Shown here piece after piece: positions 44,111-53,765 of a stretch of 64,000 nt of DNA. The DNA comes from Dehalococcoidia bacterium. Its GTDB lineage: Bacteria > Chloroflexota > Dehalococcoidia > Lucifugimonadales > UBA3495. Under the pieces are notes generated by a model. The model did not search any database. It had not been told where the DNA came from and saw only the letters and a list, made by a program, of their open reading frames with translations. The DNA lies in NCBI GenBank assembly GCA_963667675.1, contig OY763929.1:642-64641 (forward strand), in the 5' to 3' direction. Made by a program: the position numbers and the translations under genes. Every line of letters starts with the position of its first letter. Position 1 is the first letter of the stretch.

Positions 44111-45286
44111 TTGGACTTCAACCTAAGCCCCGAGGACGAATCCTTCCAGCAAGAGTTGCGCAGCTTTTTGACCTTCCAGTTGCCGGACAATTGGGAGGGG
44201 GGCGGACGGTGGCCGGAAGAAGAGAACTGGGAGTTCACCCAGGAAATGCGCAAAAAGCTGGCCGAAAAGGGCTGGCTGACCATGCACTGGCCGGAAGAGT
44301 ACGGCGGCCAGGACGCTTCGCCGGTGCGCTCGGCCATCTTCAACGAAGAGATGGCCTACCTGCGCGCCCCGGGCCGCGACATATTCGGAGTCCGCATGCT
44401 GGGGCCCACGCTGATGATTCACGGGTCCGAGGAGCAGAGGCAGACGCACCTGCCCCCCATAGCCCGCGGCGAGGTGCAGTGGTGCCAGGGATACAGCGAG
44501 CCTGAGTCCGGGTCCGACCTGGCTTCACTTAACACCCGCGCCGTGCTGGACGGCGACGATTTCGTAATCAACGGCTCCAAGATCTGGACCACCCTGGCCC
44601 ACCGGGCCGATTGGATAATGCTGTTGACCCGCACCGACCCCGACGCGGCCAAACACCGGGGAATAACCTTCATCCTGGTGGACATGAAGAGCCCCGGCGT
44701 CGAGGTACGGCCCATCGTCAACATGGCCAACGGGCACGAGTTCAACGAGGTGTTGTTCACCGACGTGCGGGTCCCCCGCAGGAACGTGGTGGGGGAGGTC
44801 AACAGGGGCTGGTACGTGGCGGTGACGCTGTTGGACTTTGAGCGGTCCGGCGTCGACTACTCCGCCGGAGCCCGCCGGTTGCTGGACCAGACCAAGAAGT
44901 ACGCCGAGGAGACCAAGCGCAACGGGAAGCCCTTAATCGAGACCCCCTGGGTGCGCAATGAATTGGCCGACCGGTATATTGAATGCGAAGTGGCCCGGCT
45001 TATGGCCTACAACGTGGCCTATATGCAGGGCGAGGGGCTGGTGCCCAACAAAGAAGCATCTATGAGCAAGGTCTTCGGCTCTGAGACCTTCCAGCGGGCC
45101 ACCAACTCGTGCCTGACCATCCTGGGGATGTACGGTGCGTTGGGCAGGGGAGAAAAGTGGGCGCCGCTGAAAGGCCTAGCCCAGGAGAGCTGGATGAACA
45201 GTTTCTCCAACAAGATCGCCGCGGGGACGTCGGAAGTGCAGCGCAACATCATTGCCGGCCGCGGCCTGGGCTTGCCTCGGGGCTAA
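44111..45286 (+). CDS. Acyl-CoA dehydrogenase
   Basis: TTG start after GAGGAGA. ...WCQGYSEPESGSDLASL...GSKIWTT... and the C-terminal ...IAAGTSEVQRNIIA. Confidence 0.85.
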   Translation: MDFNLSPEDESFQQELRSFLTFQLPDNWEGGGRWPEEENWEFTQEMRKKLAEKGWLTMHWPEEYGGQDASPVRSAIFNEEMAYLRAPGRDIFGVRMLGPTLMIHGSEEQRQTHLPPIARGEVQWCQGYSEPESGSDLASLNTRAVLDGDDFVINGSKIWTTLAHRADWIMLLTRTDPDAAKHRGITFILVDMKSPGVEVRPIVNMANGHEFNEVLFTDVRVPRRNVVGEVNRGWYVAVTLLDFERSGVDYSAGARRLLDQTKKYAEETKRNGKPLIETPWVRNELADRYIECEVARLMAYNVAYMQGEGLVPNKEASMSKVFGSETFQRATNSCLTILGMYGALGRGEKWAPLKGLAQESWMNSFSNKIAAGTSEVQRNIIAGRGLGLPRG

Positions 45287-45369
45287 GCGCCCGGACTGGT
45301 CCCCGGCAGGGCGTCCGGGTATGGCCTCTTACCGCCGCCCCAAGTTCTGGATGCTTCTGAGCCTACTCG

Positions 45370-45699
45370 CTATATGGTCGCCAGGGCCCGAATCGTCGTA
45401 TGGTCCAGGCCCTGCGCTGCCTCCCGATAGCGCTGTATTTTCCTGAACACGGTACGCACCGTCACCGAGAAACGGTCCGCCGCAGCCTCCATGGTCAACC
45501 CTTCCGACTCTACCGTCGCCCACACCTTCCAGTCCTGTGCGATTCTCCGGTGCCTGTGGAACCAGTCCAAGTCATCGTACTTGCACTGGGGCAAGGGACA
45601 GTCGAGGCACGCGGGCGAGACCTCGCAACCAGTATCTTCGTAGTGATAGATCTCAGGGGACGCATCTTGTAGGAGATTGGCCGACGTCGCAGTAGTCAT
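45370..45699 (-). CDS. Small DNA-binding protein: Cys-rich N-terminus plus C-terminal helix-turn-helix
   Basis: Start at MTTATSANLL (GGAG RBS; a promoter lies inside the longer ORF). CEVSPACLDCPLPQC, then LTMEAAADRFSVTVRTVFRKIQRY. Confidence 0.5.
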   Translation of the reverse strand: MTTATSANLLQDASPEIYHYEDTGCEVSPACLDCPLPQCKYDDLDWFHRHRRIAQDWKVWATVESEGLTMEAAADRFSVTVRTVFRKIQRYREAAQGLDHTTIRALATI

Positions 45700-45738
45700 A
45701 GAAATACTCCAAAACGGATGTTCTAAAACCTGTCGCAA

Positions 45739-45768
45739 AGTATAGAACGTCTGTTCTGAATACGTCAA
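45739..45768 (-). promoter_or_regulatory. Promoter of the HTH gene with an operator-like palindrome in the spacer
   Basis: Reverse strand reads TTGACG-N18-TATACT. The perfect inverted repeat AGAAC-N4-GTTCT (45744-45757) overlaps the spacer and -10 box. Confidence 0.55.
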
Positions 45769-45780
45769 CCACTTTTTGGA

Positions 45781-45818
45781 CCAATTTGGCGGGTAATTTC
45801 TTGTTTCGGCCAATTTGG
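45781..45818. promoter_or_regulatory. Two direct copies of CCAATTTGG, 29 bp apart, upstream of the HTH-gene promoter
   Basis: Copies at 45781-45789 and 45810-45818. The motif is itself a near-palindrome. Confidence 0.35.
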
Positions 45819-45957
45819 CCTTGCCGCGCAGGGAACACCGGGACAATGCCTGACACGAAACCGCAAGAGGACCGAGAAGACGGGAGGGGGAACGAACAAG
45901 CGGGTAGAAGCCCCGTCCGGGGCTTCTACGCCAAGGCGACGGTAGGGGGCTGAACGG

Positions 45958-46539
45958 CTATTGCGGGTCTGCGGTGGCCAGCAGGTGGTTGCGGGTCTCG
46001 ACGCATGCCGGGTGGACCAACAGGCCCTGGGAAACCCTGGATATGGTCTCCCGGGTCAAGAACTCCAGCATGGCCCGGTCCAGGTTTTCCGCCGCCAATT
46101 GCTTCAGCAGGGACTGATAGGGATACATGCGGGCTTTTTGCGGGTCCAACTTGTCAGCCAGAAACACGATCTTGCCCAGGTCGTCCAAAGTGGGGTGCCC
46201 GGTGGAGTGCCAGTAAACCGCGCCGTGCAGGGCCGGGTCGTCCAGTCCGTCCTCGCGGGCCAGTATCGCGGCTCCCACCGGGCCGTGCAGCAGCACCGGA
46301 GCCTTGCGCTCCACCGTCTCTATGGGCAACTCCATCTCGCCCGCCCGTCGCAGCAACTCATCGCCGGCCATGGCCCGGGCCACGTCGTGGGCCAGCATTC
46401 CCAGCGACGCCCGCTGTTGCTCGACGCCGTGGCAGAGTGCCAACTCTTTGGCTATCTCTTCTACCCGGTGTATATGGGACTGGAGCCCGTTGGGCAGCGC
46501 CTTCACCCGCCGCCCTATCCGGTCACGCAACTCCTCCAC
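45958..46539 (-). CDS. yqeK: HD-domain protein, YqeK-type bis(5'-nucleosyl)-tetraphosphatase
   Basis: ...HIHRVEEIAKELA...LAHDVAR...LLHGPVGA...WHSTGHP...IVFLADKLDP. Confidence 0.7.
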   Translation of the reverse strand: MEELRDRIGRRVKALPNGLQSHIHRVEEIAKELALCHGVEQQRASLGMLAHDVARAMAGDELLRRAGEMELPIETVERKAPVLLHGPVGAAILAREDGLDDPALHGAVYWHSTGHPTLDDLGKIVFLADKLDPQKARMYPYQSLLKQLAAENLDRAMLEFLTRETISRVSQGLLVHPACVETRNHLLATADPQ

Positions 46540-46553
46540 GGGGCTACCTCAAC

Positions 46554-46901
46554 CTACCCCATGTCCCCCAGCGGCCGGCCAGCCAGCAGGTGCATGTGCG
46601 GGTGTTCAATGACCTGGCCCGCGTCCTTGCCCTGGTTGAGGGCCAGCCGATAGCCGCTGACGGTCACGTCGTGCCGGCGGGCCATTTCTTCAGCCACCAT
46701 GAACATGTGCCCCATGGCGGGGACTTGTCCCGGCCCAACGTAGGCCAGCGACGCGAGGTGCCTGTTGGGAATTATCAGCAAGTGGACGGGCGCTTTGGGG
46801 TTTATGTCCCGGACCACGAAGACCTGGTCGTCGCGGTAGATGGGCGCCTCGTGGCTGGGGTCGCGGGCCATGGTGCAGAAAATGCAGTCCCTGGTAGTCA
46901 C
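46554..46901 (-). CDS. HIT (histidine triad) family protein
   Basis: CIFC...HLLIIPNRH...HPHMHLL triad. GTG start after GGAGGAGG. Confidence 0.85.
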   Translation of the reverse strand: MTTRDCIFCTMARDPSHEAPIYRDDQVFVVRDINPKAPVHLLIIPNRHLASLAYVGPGQVPAMGHMFMVAEEMARRHDVTVSGYRLALNQGKDAGQVIEHPHMHLLAGRPLGDMG

Positions 46902-46978
46902 GTCTCAGATGCCTCCTCCGGGTTCATCCCAAGAGACCAACGGGCGGCATTGGGCCTGCGCGCTCTCTTTGCCGGATT

Positions 46979-48115
46979 CTAGTCGCGGCCCAGGTTCTGT
47001 AAGACCAGCTCTCTATGGTGGTGGGCGTCTCCGTAGGCCAACTCCATGGCCTTGGCCCTGCGGGTGTAGAGCTGCAGGTCGTGCTCCTTGGTGAAGCCGA
47101 TGGCCCCGTGGCACTGGTGGGCAAGGTTGCAGATGCGCTGGTAGGCGTCGTTCACCCAGGCCTTGGCCATGGACACTTCCAGGTCCGCCGGGCCCCCTTC
47201 CGCCACCCGCCAAGCGGCCTTGTGAACGATGTTGCGGGAAGCCTCGACGTCCGTCGCCATGTTCGCGCAGTGGTGCTGGACCGCCTGGAAGCTGCCTATA
47301 GGACGGCCGAACTGGGTCCTTTGCGTGACGTAGTCAATGGTCATGTCCAAAACGGCGCCGGCCCCGCCGACCATTTCGGAGCACTTGCCGGCGATGGCCC
47401 GCTGCAAAGCCCGGCTCACCACCGGCCATCCCTCGCCTATCTCTCCCAGCACCGCATTTGCGGCGACGGTTACCCCTTCCAGGGTAACCTGGTACTGGCG
47501 GTCGGAGCCCATGGAATTGAGAGGGGCAACGGTAACGCCGGGGCTATCGGACGGCACCAGAAAGACGGTAATCCCCCGGTCAGGATCGTCCTCGGCGGAA
47601 GTTCGGGCCGCGACCAGGAGCATGTCGGCGGCCTGGGCGTCGGGAACGAACAGCTTGACGCCATCTATGACGTAGCCGTCGCCTTCGCGCCGGGCGGCGG
47701 TCTCTACGCCCCAGGACTCGTAGGACGCCGAAGCCTCGGTGAGGGCCATGGTCATGGTCAGGTCGCCGGAGCAGACCCGGGGCAGGATGTCTTCCTTTTG
47801 AGCATCAGAGCCCGCGTCCAGGACGGTTAACCCTCCCAGCACCACGGTGGCAAACAACGGACTGGGGGCCAGGTAACGGCCCGTCTCTTCCAGTAGGACG
47901 GACAGGTCCTGGAAGTCGCCCCCGGTGCCGCCGTACCGCTCGGGGAAGACCAAGCTGGTCCATCCCAGGTTGACCATCTGCCGCCACAACTCATCCGTGT
48001 AGCCGCGGGGGTCTTCCTCCATCTCCCGGACCAACGTCAGGGGACATTCGCGGGACAGGAACTCCTGGGCGCTGTTCTTCAGCATCTGCTGGATTTCGTT
48101 CAAGCCAAGATCCAT
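46979..48115 (-). CDS. Acyl-CoA dehydrogenase
   Basis: 378 aa with ...RTQFGRPIGSFQAVQHHCANM... RBS GAGGAGA. Confidence 0.85.
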   Translation of the reverse strand: MDLGLNEIQQMLKNSAQEFLSRECPLTLVREMEEDPRGYTDELWRQMVNLGWTSLVFPERYGGTGGDFQDLSVLLEETGRYLAPSPLFATVVLGGLTVLDAGSDAQKEDILPRVCSGDLTMTMALTEASASYESWGVETAARREGDGYVIDGVKLFVPDAQAADMLLVAARTSAEDDPDRGITVFLVPSDSPGVTVAPLNSMGSDRQYQVTLEGVTVAANAVLGEIGEGWPVVSRALQRAIAGKCSEMVGGAGAVLDMTIDYVTQRTQFGRPIGSFQAVQHHCANMATDVEASRNIVHKAAWRVAEGGPADLEVSMAKAWVNDAYQRICNLAHQCHGAIGFTKEHDLQLYTRRAKAMELAYGDAHHHRELVLQNLGRD

Positions 48116-48201
48116 GGTGTCTCCTCAGGTGCGCCGGACTGCGACGGCGCGACCGCGTTTGGCTAGCAGCGGAATTAGCCCCTGGGCGAAAGGCCCACGC
48201 T

Positions 48202-48230
48202 AGTATAGAGCAAAGGAAATCCCGTCTCAA
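48202..48230 (-). promoter_or_regulatory. Promoter of acyl-CoA dehydrogenase 46979-48115
   Basis: Reverse strand reads TTGAGA-N17-TATACT. Confidence 0.5.
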
Positions 48231-48324
48231 GGAACCGGGGAAGGCTAACCGGCAATGGGAACAGGCCTGGGAAGGGCAGCAGCGTCGCGTTGCTGCAAAT
48301 GCAGCCGGATGGGGCGGCGGACTA

Positions 48325-49491
48325 TTAGACGTTTCGGACTAATCCGTCCAGCCGCTCCAGCGCCTTTTGGATGTTTTCCTGGGAGTTGGCGTAGGAGAGG
48401 CGGACACACCCTTCACCCTGCTTGCCGAAGGCGGAGCCCGACAGCAATGCCACCCCGGCCTCGTTCATGGCCCGCTCTTCGAACTCCCGGCAGGTGAGGC
48501 CGGTGTCTGCAATATTGGGGAAGACGTAGAACGCCCCCTCGGGCTCGGGGCACTTGACGCCCGGGATGCTCCGCAGGCCGTCGGTGATCAGGCGGCGTCT
48601 CTTGTCGAACTCGGCCACCATGTCGTGCACCGGCTCCATGGGGCCTTCCAGCGCGGCGATGGCTGCCCGTTGGCCGAACGAGGCGGCGCAGGAAACGCTG
48701 TTGACGGCCAGCTTGGTGACGTGGGGCGCCAGTTCGTCGGGCATGATCCCGTAGCCCAGACGCCAGCCGGTCATGGCGTAGCTCTTGGAGAAGCCGTCCA
48801 GGATGATCGTCCGCTGCTCCATGCCCGGCATAGCGGCGATGCTGTGGTGCCCGCCGCCGTACAGTATGTCCTTGTAAATCTCGTCGGCCAGCACGTACAG
48901 GCCGTCGTGCTCTTGCACCAGTTCCGCTATCCTACGGATTTCCGCCTGGGTAAGGGCAGAGCCGCAGGGGTTCTCCGGGCTGTTCAGGATCAACAGCCTG
49001 GTCTGGTCGTTGATTTTTCCCGCCAAATCATCCAGGTCCGGGTGGTAGTCCCGGTCTCCCAGCAAGGGCATGGGCACCGGCGTTGCGCCGGAAAAATTGA
49101 TCATGGACTCGTAGATGGGAAATCCCGGGTTGGGGTAGATGACTTCAACTCCCGGCTCGGCCAGGGCCAGGATGGTGAAGAACATGATGGGTTTGGCGCC
49201 GGGGGTGACCACCACCTGGGAAGGGTCGGTGTCTATGCCCCGCACCTCGCGGCTGTTGCGGGCTATGGCTTCGCGCAGTTCGGGTAGTCCCGGCGCCGGG
49301 CCGTAGTGGGTGTACCCCTGGCGCAGGGCCTCGACTCCGGCCTCCACGATGTGCGCGGGGGTATCGAAATCGGGCTCCCCGATTTCCAGGTGGACTATCT
49401 CTTTGCCCTGGGCCTCCAAGGCTTTCGCCTTGGCCAGCACCTCGAATGCCGACTCGGTGCCCAGGCCGCTCATCCTGCTGGCGATATTCAT
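48325..49491 (-). CDS. Class I/II PLP-dependent aminotransferase (aspartate aminotransferase-like)
   Basis: ...LNSPENPCG... and the SKSYAMTGWRLGY lysine motif. Confidence 0.85.
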   Translation of the reverse strand: MNIASRMSGLGTESAFEVLAKAKALEAQGKEIVHLEIGEPDFDTPAHIVEAGVEALRQGYTHYGPAPGLPELREAIARNSREVRGIDTDPSQVVVTPGAKPIMFFTILALAEPGVEVIYPNPGFPIYESMINFSGATPVPMPLLGDRDYHPDLDDLAGKINDQTRLLILNSPENPCGSALTQAEIRRIAELVQEHDGLYVLADEIYKDILYGGGHHSIAAMPGMEQRTIILDGFSKSYAMTGWRLGYGIMPDELAPHVTKLAVNSVSCAASFGQRAAIAALEGPMEPVHDMVAEFDKRRRLITDGLRSIPGVKCPEPEGAFYVFPNIADTGLTCREFEERAMNEAGVALLSGSAFGKQGEGCVRLSYANSQENIQKALERLDGLVRNV

Positions 49492-49516
49492 AGCTGCCCT
49501 GCCCGGCCTCCTGCCG

Positions 49517-50707
49517 TCACTCCCGGTGCACCTGGTTCTGGGTCTTTACCGGGAGGCCGTAGATGGATATGAATCCTTGCGCCGAGGTGTGGTCGAACTC
49601 GTCCGAGCGGTCGTAGGTGGCCAGATGGTACTGGTACAACGACCGGGGCGCGCTGCGGCCGGCGACAATGCAGGAACCCTTGTGCAGCCTGACCCGGACG
49701 TCGCCGGTAACGTGGTGCTGGGTACTGCGCACGTAGGCGTCCAGGTCCTGCCGGTGGGCGGTGAACCACAAGCCGTTGTAGACCACGTCCGCGTACTCCT
49801 GGGCGATGCGGTCCTTGGTCCTGGCCTGCTCCTTGCTCAAAGTCAGCGCCTCCAGGGACCGGTGCGCGGCGTGGAGCACCACTGCCGCGGGGGTCTCGTA
49901 AATCTCCCGGGACTTGATGCCGACTAAGCGGTTCTCCACGTGATCCACCCGGCCCACGCCGTGGCCGCCGGCCAGCACGTTGAGGTGACGCACCAGGTCG
50001 GGCCCGGCCATGCTCTCCCCGTCCACCGCCGTTGGTATGCCCTGGTCGAAATGGACTTCCACGTAGGCCGGTTCGTCGGGGGCCGCCGAGACGGCATTGG
50101 TCCAGGTGTAGGCCTCTTCCGGGGGCTCCAGCCAGGGGTCCTCCAGTTCGCCGGCCTCGGCGCTGCGGCCCCACAGGTTTTCGTCCACGGAAAAACGGCT
50201 GTCTTTGGCGACCACCGGCAGGTCCCGCTCCTTGGCGTAGTCCATTTCATCGTCCCGGCTCATGCCCCAGTCCCGGATTGGAGCGATTATCTGCAGGTCC
50301 GGCTGCAGGGCGGCGACGCTGACCTCCAGCCTCACCTGGTCGTTGCCCTTGCCGGTGCAGCCGTGGGCTATGGCGTATGCACCTTCGGACCGGGCAGCTT
50401 CCACCAAATGCTTGGCTATCAGGGGCCGGCCCAGGGCGGTGGCCAGGGGGTACTGGCCCTCGTACACCGCTCCAGCCTGCAGGGCGGGAAACAGGTACCC
50501 TGCGACCAGTTCGGACTTGGCGTCCACGGTCAGGGCCTTGGCGGCGCCCACGGCCAAGGCGCGCTGCCGTATGGTTTCCAGGTCCACCATGCCCAGGTCG
50601 ATGGTCAGGCAGACTATTTCCGCGCCGTACTTCTCCTTCAGCCATGGCACGGCCACCGAGGTGTCCAGCCCCCCGCTGTAGGCCAAAATTATCTTGTTGT
50701 CAGCCAT
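49517..50707 (-). CDS. argG: Argininosuccinate synthase
   Basis: ILAYSGGLDTSV ATP-binding motif. 396 aa. Confidence 0.95.
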   Translation of the reverse strand: MADNKIILAYSGGLDTSVAVPWLKEKYGAEIVCLTIDLGMVDLETIRQRALAVGAAKALTVDAKSELVAGYLFPALQAGAVYEGQYPLATALGRPLIAKHLVEAARSEGAYAIAHGCTGKGNDQVRLEVSVAALQPDLQIIAPIRDWGMSRDDEMDYAKERDLPVVAKDSRFSVDENLWGRSAEAGELEDPWLEPPEEAYTWTNAVSAAPDEPAYVEVHFDQGIPTAVDGESMAGPDLVRHLNVLAGGHGVGRVDHVENRLVGIKSREIYETPAAVVLHAAHRSLEALTLSKEQARTKDRIAQEYADVVYNGLWFTAHRQDLDAYVRSTQHHVTGDVRVRLHKGSCIVAGRSAPRSLYQYHLATYDRSDEFDHTSAQGFISIYGLPVKTQNQVHRE

Positions 50708-50750
50708 TTTTGGTGCTTAGGCTCCTCGATCCAAGAAGTCTGTCGGGCCG

Positions 50751-51941
50751 CTAAAGCTTGGACAGCGCCTGCTCCAGGCGGCCCAGTCCTTCGTCTATCT
50801 CCGAGGCGGTGATGGTCAGGGGCGGCATGAGGCGGATTGCGTTGGGCTTGACCCCGTTGAACAGTACTCCCGCCTCGTTGGAGTTGGTCAACACCTGGCC
50901 GGAAATGTCGCTTTCGAACTCGATGGCCGCCAGCAGGCCCTTGCCCCGCACGTCGCTGATGAACGAGTACCTGGACTTGAGATCTTCCAGCCGTCCCATC
51001 AGGTGCTTTTCCATGGCCTTGACGTTGTCTAAGACGCCGTTCTCTATGAGGAACTTGGTCCCGGCGTAAGCCGCCGCGGTGGTCAGGGCGTTGCCGCCGA
51101 AGGTCGAGCCGTGGTCGCCGGGCACCAGGGCCATGCAATGCTCCTTGGACAGGAATGCGCCGATGGGAACGCCGTAGCCCAGTCCCTTGGCCAGGGTCAT
51201 AACGTCCGGCTCCACGCCGTATTCCTGGTAGCCGAACAGGCTCCCCAGGCGGCCCAGGCCCGTCTGTACCTCGTCCAGGATCAGCAACAAGCCTTGCTTG
51301 TCGCACCAGTCCCTTACTCTTTTCAGGTAGTCGTCGCTGGGGATGTTGACTCCGCCTTCACCCTGCACCGGCTCCAGCATCACCGCGGCGGTCCTGTCGG
51401 TGGTGGCGCTGATGATGCCCTCGACGTCGTTGTAGTCGACGTGGACGAACCCGGGCAGCAGAGGCGTGAAGTTTTCCTGGTAGTGAGGCTGTCCCGTCGC
51501 CGCCACCGTGCCCATGGTGCGCCCGTGGAATGAATTGAGAGCGGTTATGACCTCATAGGCCCCGTCCCTGTTCAGCTTTCCGTGGCGGCGGGCTAGCTTC
51601 AAAGCACCCTCGTTGGCCTCAGCGCCACTGTTGCCGAAGAACACCAGGTCCAGGCAGCTGTTCTCGATGAGCAGTTGGGCCAGGTTCAGCTGGGGGACGG
51701 TGTAGAACTGGTTGGACGTTTGCAGCAGGGTATTGGCCTGCTCCACCACCGCCTGGGTCACCGCCGGATGGCAATGGCCCAGGTTGTCCACGGCCCAACC
51801 GGCCACGAAGTCCAAGTATTCCTTCCCGTCGGCGTCCCATACGCGAGAGCCCTCGCCGCGGACGATCACCACCGGCTGGCGGCGCACCGTCTGGGCGTAG
51901 TACTTGTTTTCAACCGCTATCCATTCACTGCTCTTGGTCAC
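50751..51941 (-). CDS. argD: Acetylornithine aminotransferase (class III)
   Basis: ...LILDEVQTGLGRLG...TLAKGLG... GTG start. Sits in an arg gene context. Confidence 0.85.
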   Translation of the reverse strand: MTKSSEWIAVENKYYAQTVRRQPVVIVRGEGSRVWDADGKEYLDFVAGWAVDNLGHCHPAVTQAVVEQANTLLQTSNQFYTVPQLNLAQLLIENSCLDLVFFGNSGAEANEGALKLARRHGKLNRDGAYEVITALNSFHGRTMGTVAATGQPHYQENFTPLLPGFVHVDYNDVEGIISATTDRTAAVMLEPVQGEGGVNIPSDDYLKRVRDWCDKQGLLLILDEVQTGLGRLGSLFGYQEYGVEPDVMTLAKGLGYGVPIGAFLSKEHCMALVPGDHGSTFGGNALTTAAAYAGTKFLIENGVLDNVKAMEKHLMGRLEDLKSRYSFISDVRGKGLLAAIEFESDISGQVLTNSNEAGVLFNGVKPNAIRLMPPLTITASEIDEGLGRLEQALSKL

Positions 51942-52059
51942 GATGAACGGCCTCCAGATTTTTCACCCGGTTTCGGCGTGAGATTCCCGGTAAACGCTGC
52001 TCCTAATGGATGCATGAGTTTCGTTTGCTTGTAGGGCTTGGCCCAGTATACGACTTGGG

Positions 52060-52422
52060 CTAGGGACGCCCTCTGTTGAACATGAAACGGCGCAGCAGTC
52101 GCATCAATAGTGAACCATTCTTGAGAGCCCTGGGCGCAGGTAAAGGGTGGACGTACTCGCTAATCCGGTATATTCCCGGCTGGGATTGGTTGGCCCTTCT
52201 ATGTACTGCAACAATGAAGCCAACAGACTCAGACTGAATATGACGCCCGTCTAGACTTGTGAGCCACATACCTATCCGGCTTCTCCGTCCACTGTCTTCG
52301 GTGCTGCGGTCGTCAATCAACTCGGCCAGTTCTTCTACTTGGGCACTCTCCAAGTCCTGAATCCTGAATGGCCGGTTTTCAAACCAACTATAGAGAGCCT
52401 CTATCGCTAGTCCTTGCTTCAT
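52060..52422 (-). CDS. Hypothetical protein (lower-GC islet)
   Basis: 120-aa ORF with RBS GGAGA 4 nt upstream. I recognise no motif. Confidence 0.45.
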   Translation of the reverse strand: MKQGLAIEALYSWFENRPFRIQDLESAQVEELAELIDDRSTEDSGRRSRIGMWLTSLDGRHIQSESVGFIVAVHRRANQSQPGIYRISEYVHPLPAPRALKNGSLLMRLLRRFMFNRGRP

Positions 52423-52446
52423 GCGTTCTCCATGCCGGACTACGCC

Positions 52447-52740
52447 CTAATCAACCTCATAACCGATGAACCAGTCCCCTTCCACCTCCTGAAGGTGAAA
52501 GGCGATTCCTTCATCGTCGCCTCGAGACCATATAACATCCCCATGGCACCTTATCAGGCTATGGGTGCGCCTGACTTCTCTAACGTCGTAAATCTTGAGG
52601 AGTTCACTGAATACCGCGTTGTCGTTGTACATGTCAACGATCTCCGGCACTAGGTCATTACACTCAATCTTGTGAAACTCTTTGCCGCTGAAAGCGGAAC
52701 CACCGCAGGCCGGGGCCAAGGCTAACAGTGCCAGCACCAC
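52447..52740 (-). CDS. Hypothetical small lipoprotein (lower-GC islet)
   Basis: GTG start. MVLALLALAPACGG resembles a lipobox, but there is no clear RBS. Confidence 0.35.
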   Translation of the reverse strand: MVLALLALAPACGGSAFSGKEFHKIECNDLVPEIVDMYNDNAVFSELLKIYDVREVRRTHSLIRCHGDVIWSRGDDEGIAFHLQEVEGDWFIGYEVD

Positions 52741-52818
52741 AAGCCAAAGTAGCCGCTTCCACGGCCTTGCTCCTAAAGTCGGTGGTCTGCTCCAGAAGTC
52801 CTTGCAACGGCCACCATT

Positions 52819-53199
52819 CTAATAGCCAGTCAACTCTGAGACGACGGCAACTACTGCATCATCGTCGAAAACAAGGGCTTTAAACTTCCAGGTTCTCCCA
52901 GGAGCCAAGTCACTTGTGTAGTCCGATGTTGAGCCAACTTGCGCGTCGCTGGCATCCAATAGGACAAAGCTAATGGAGACAGAGCTAAATGTCCGGTCGC
53001 TTTGGTTCTTGACTGTTCCAACTATATAGTTGCTTCCGTACTCTGATGTTTCCCAACCCCAACGCCCTAGATATAGATCTACCTCGCTGTCACGCTCGCT
53101 CCCGCCCCCTACGTTGCTTGTGGCTGTGCAGCCAATAAACACTATAGATGAGACAATGACTAACGCCAGTATCAAAATGCCGCCCTTTGATATCGTCAT
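52819..53199 (-). CDS. FxLYD-like domain lipoprotein (lower-GC islet)
   Basis: Start at MTISKGGILILALVIVSSIVFIGC (RBS ACGGAG). ...GTVKNQSDRTFSSVSISFVLLDASD...APGRTWKFKA. Confidence 0.5.
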   Translation of the reverse strand: MTISKGGILILALVIVSSIVFIGCTATSNVGGGSERDSEVDLYLGRWGWETSEYGSNYIVGTVKNQSDRTFSSVSISFVLLDASDAQVGSTSDYTSDLAPGRTWKFKALVFDDDAVVAVVSELTGY

Positions 53200-53269
53200 A
53201 TCAACTCCGTGAGCCTTGCCCAAAAGTCAACTAAAGCGATTCCGCCAACTTTTTCCGGTACAGCTTTGG

Positions 53270-53569
53270 TTAACCTTCTCCCGATCGGTCACCTTGAAAC
53301 AGTGCCTTGGCCAATTGTTCGGCGTGAATCCTTACGACCTCCCATGACTCGCACAGTGCTTGGGCTTCCTCACAAGAGTCAAAGAGGGGCAGATTATCCG
53401 AGTCTGGTTCTGGCCATCCATAAGCTACCCACTTCATCGCGGGAACATCAGGATTGACGAATACCAGCCCATACCACACTCGGTAAACCTCGCCAGACGG
53501 CCCGTTCCCTTCCAAAACGACCTTGGCAAGTGATTCCTCAGCTTCTATTTCTTCCCACTCAATTTCCAT
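53270..53569 (-). CDS. Hypothetical acidic protein (lower-GC islet)
   Basis: 99-aa ORF with a weak RBS. Confidence 0.4.
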   Translation of the reverse strand: MEIEWEEIEAEESLAKVVLEGNGPSGEVYRVWYGLVFVNPDVPAMKWVAYGWPEPDSDNLPLFDSCEEAQALCESWEVVRIHAEQLAKALFQGDRSGEG

Positions 53570-53765
53570 TCTTTACCAAAATCCCTGTACTAGCCGTCGA
53601 TTACCGGGGCCAAGTGCTTTGACACTTGGCTCAGGGCCATTCAAGGACTTTTGACCCTGCCCCTCAGTTCTAGGTATGCTTGACTAGGATTAGGACAGCC
53701 GTTCCCACGGCAAACAGAACCGATGCCTGATTATATCCTAAAACGCACTAAAGAGCCGCGGGCGC

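Noticed and set aside
52414-52653. 79-aa plus-strand ORF in the lower-GC islet
   Set aside because: It overlaps the minus-strand 97-aa ORF, which matches the orientation of all neighbouring genes and has a lipoprotein-like N-terminus. The plus-strand ORF has a TTG start and no RBS. Neither ORF is strongly supported.
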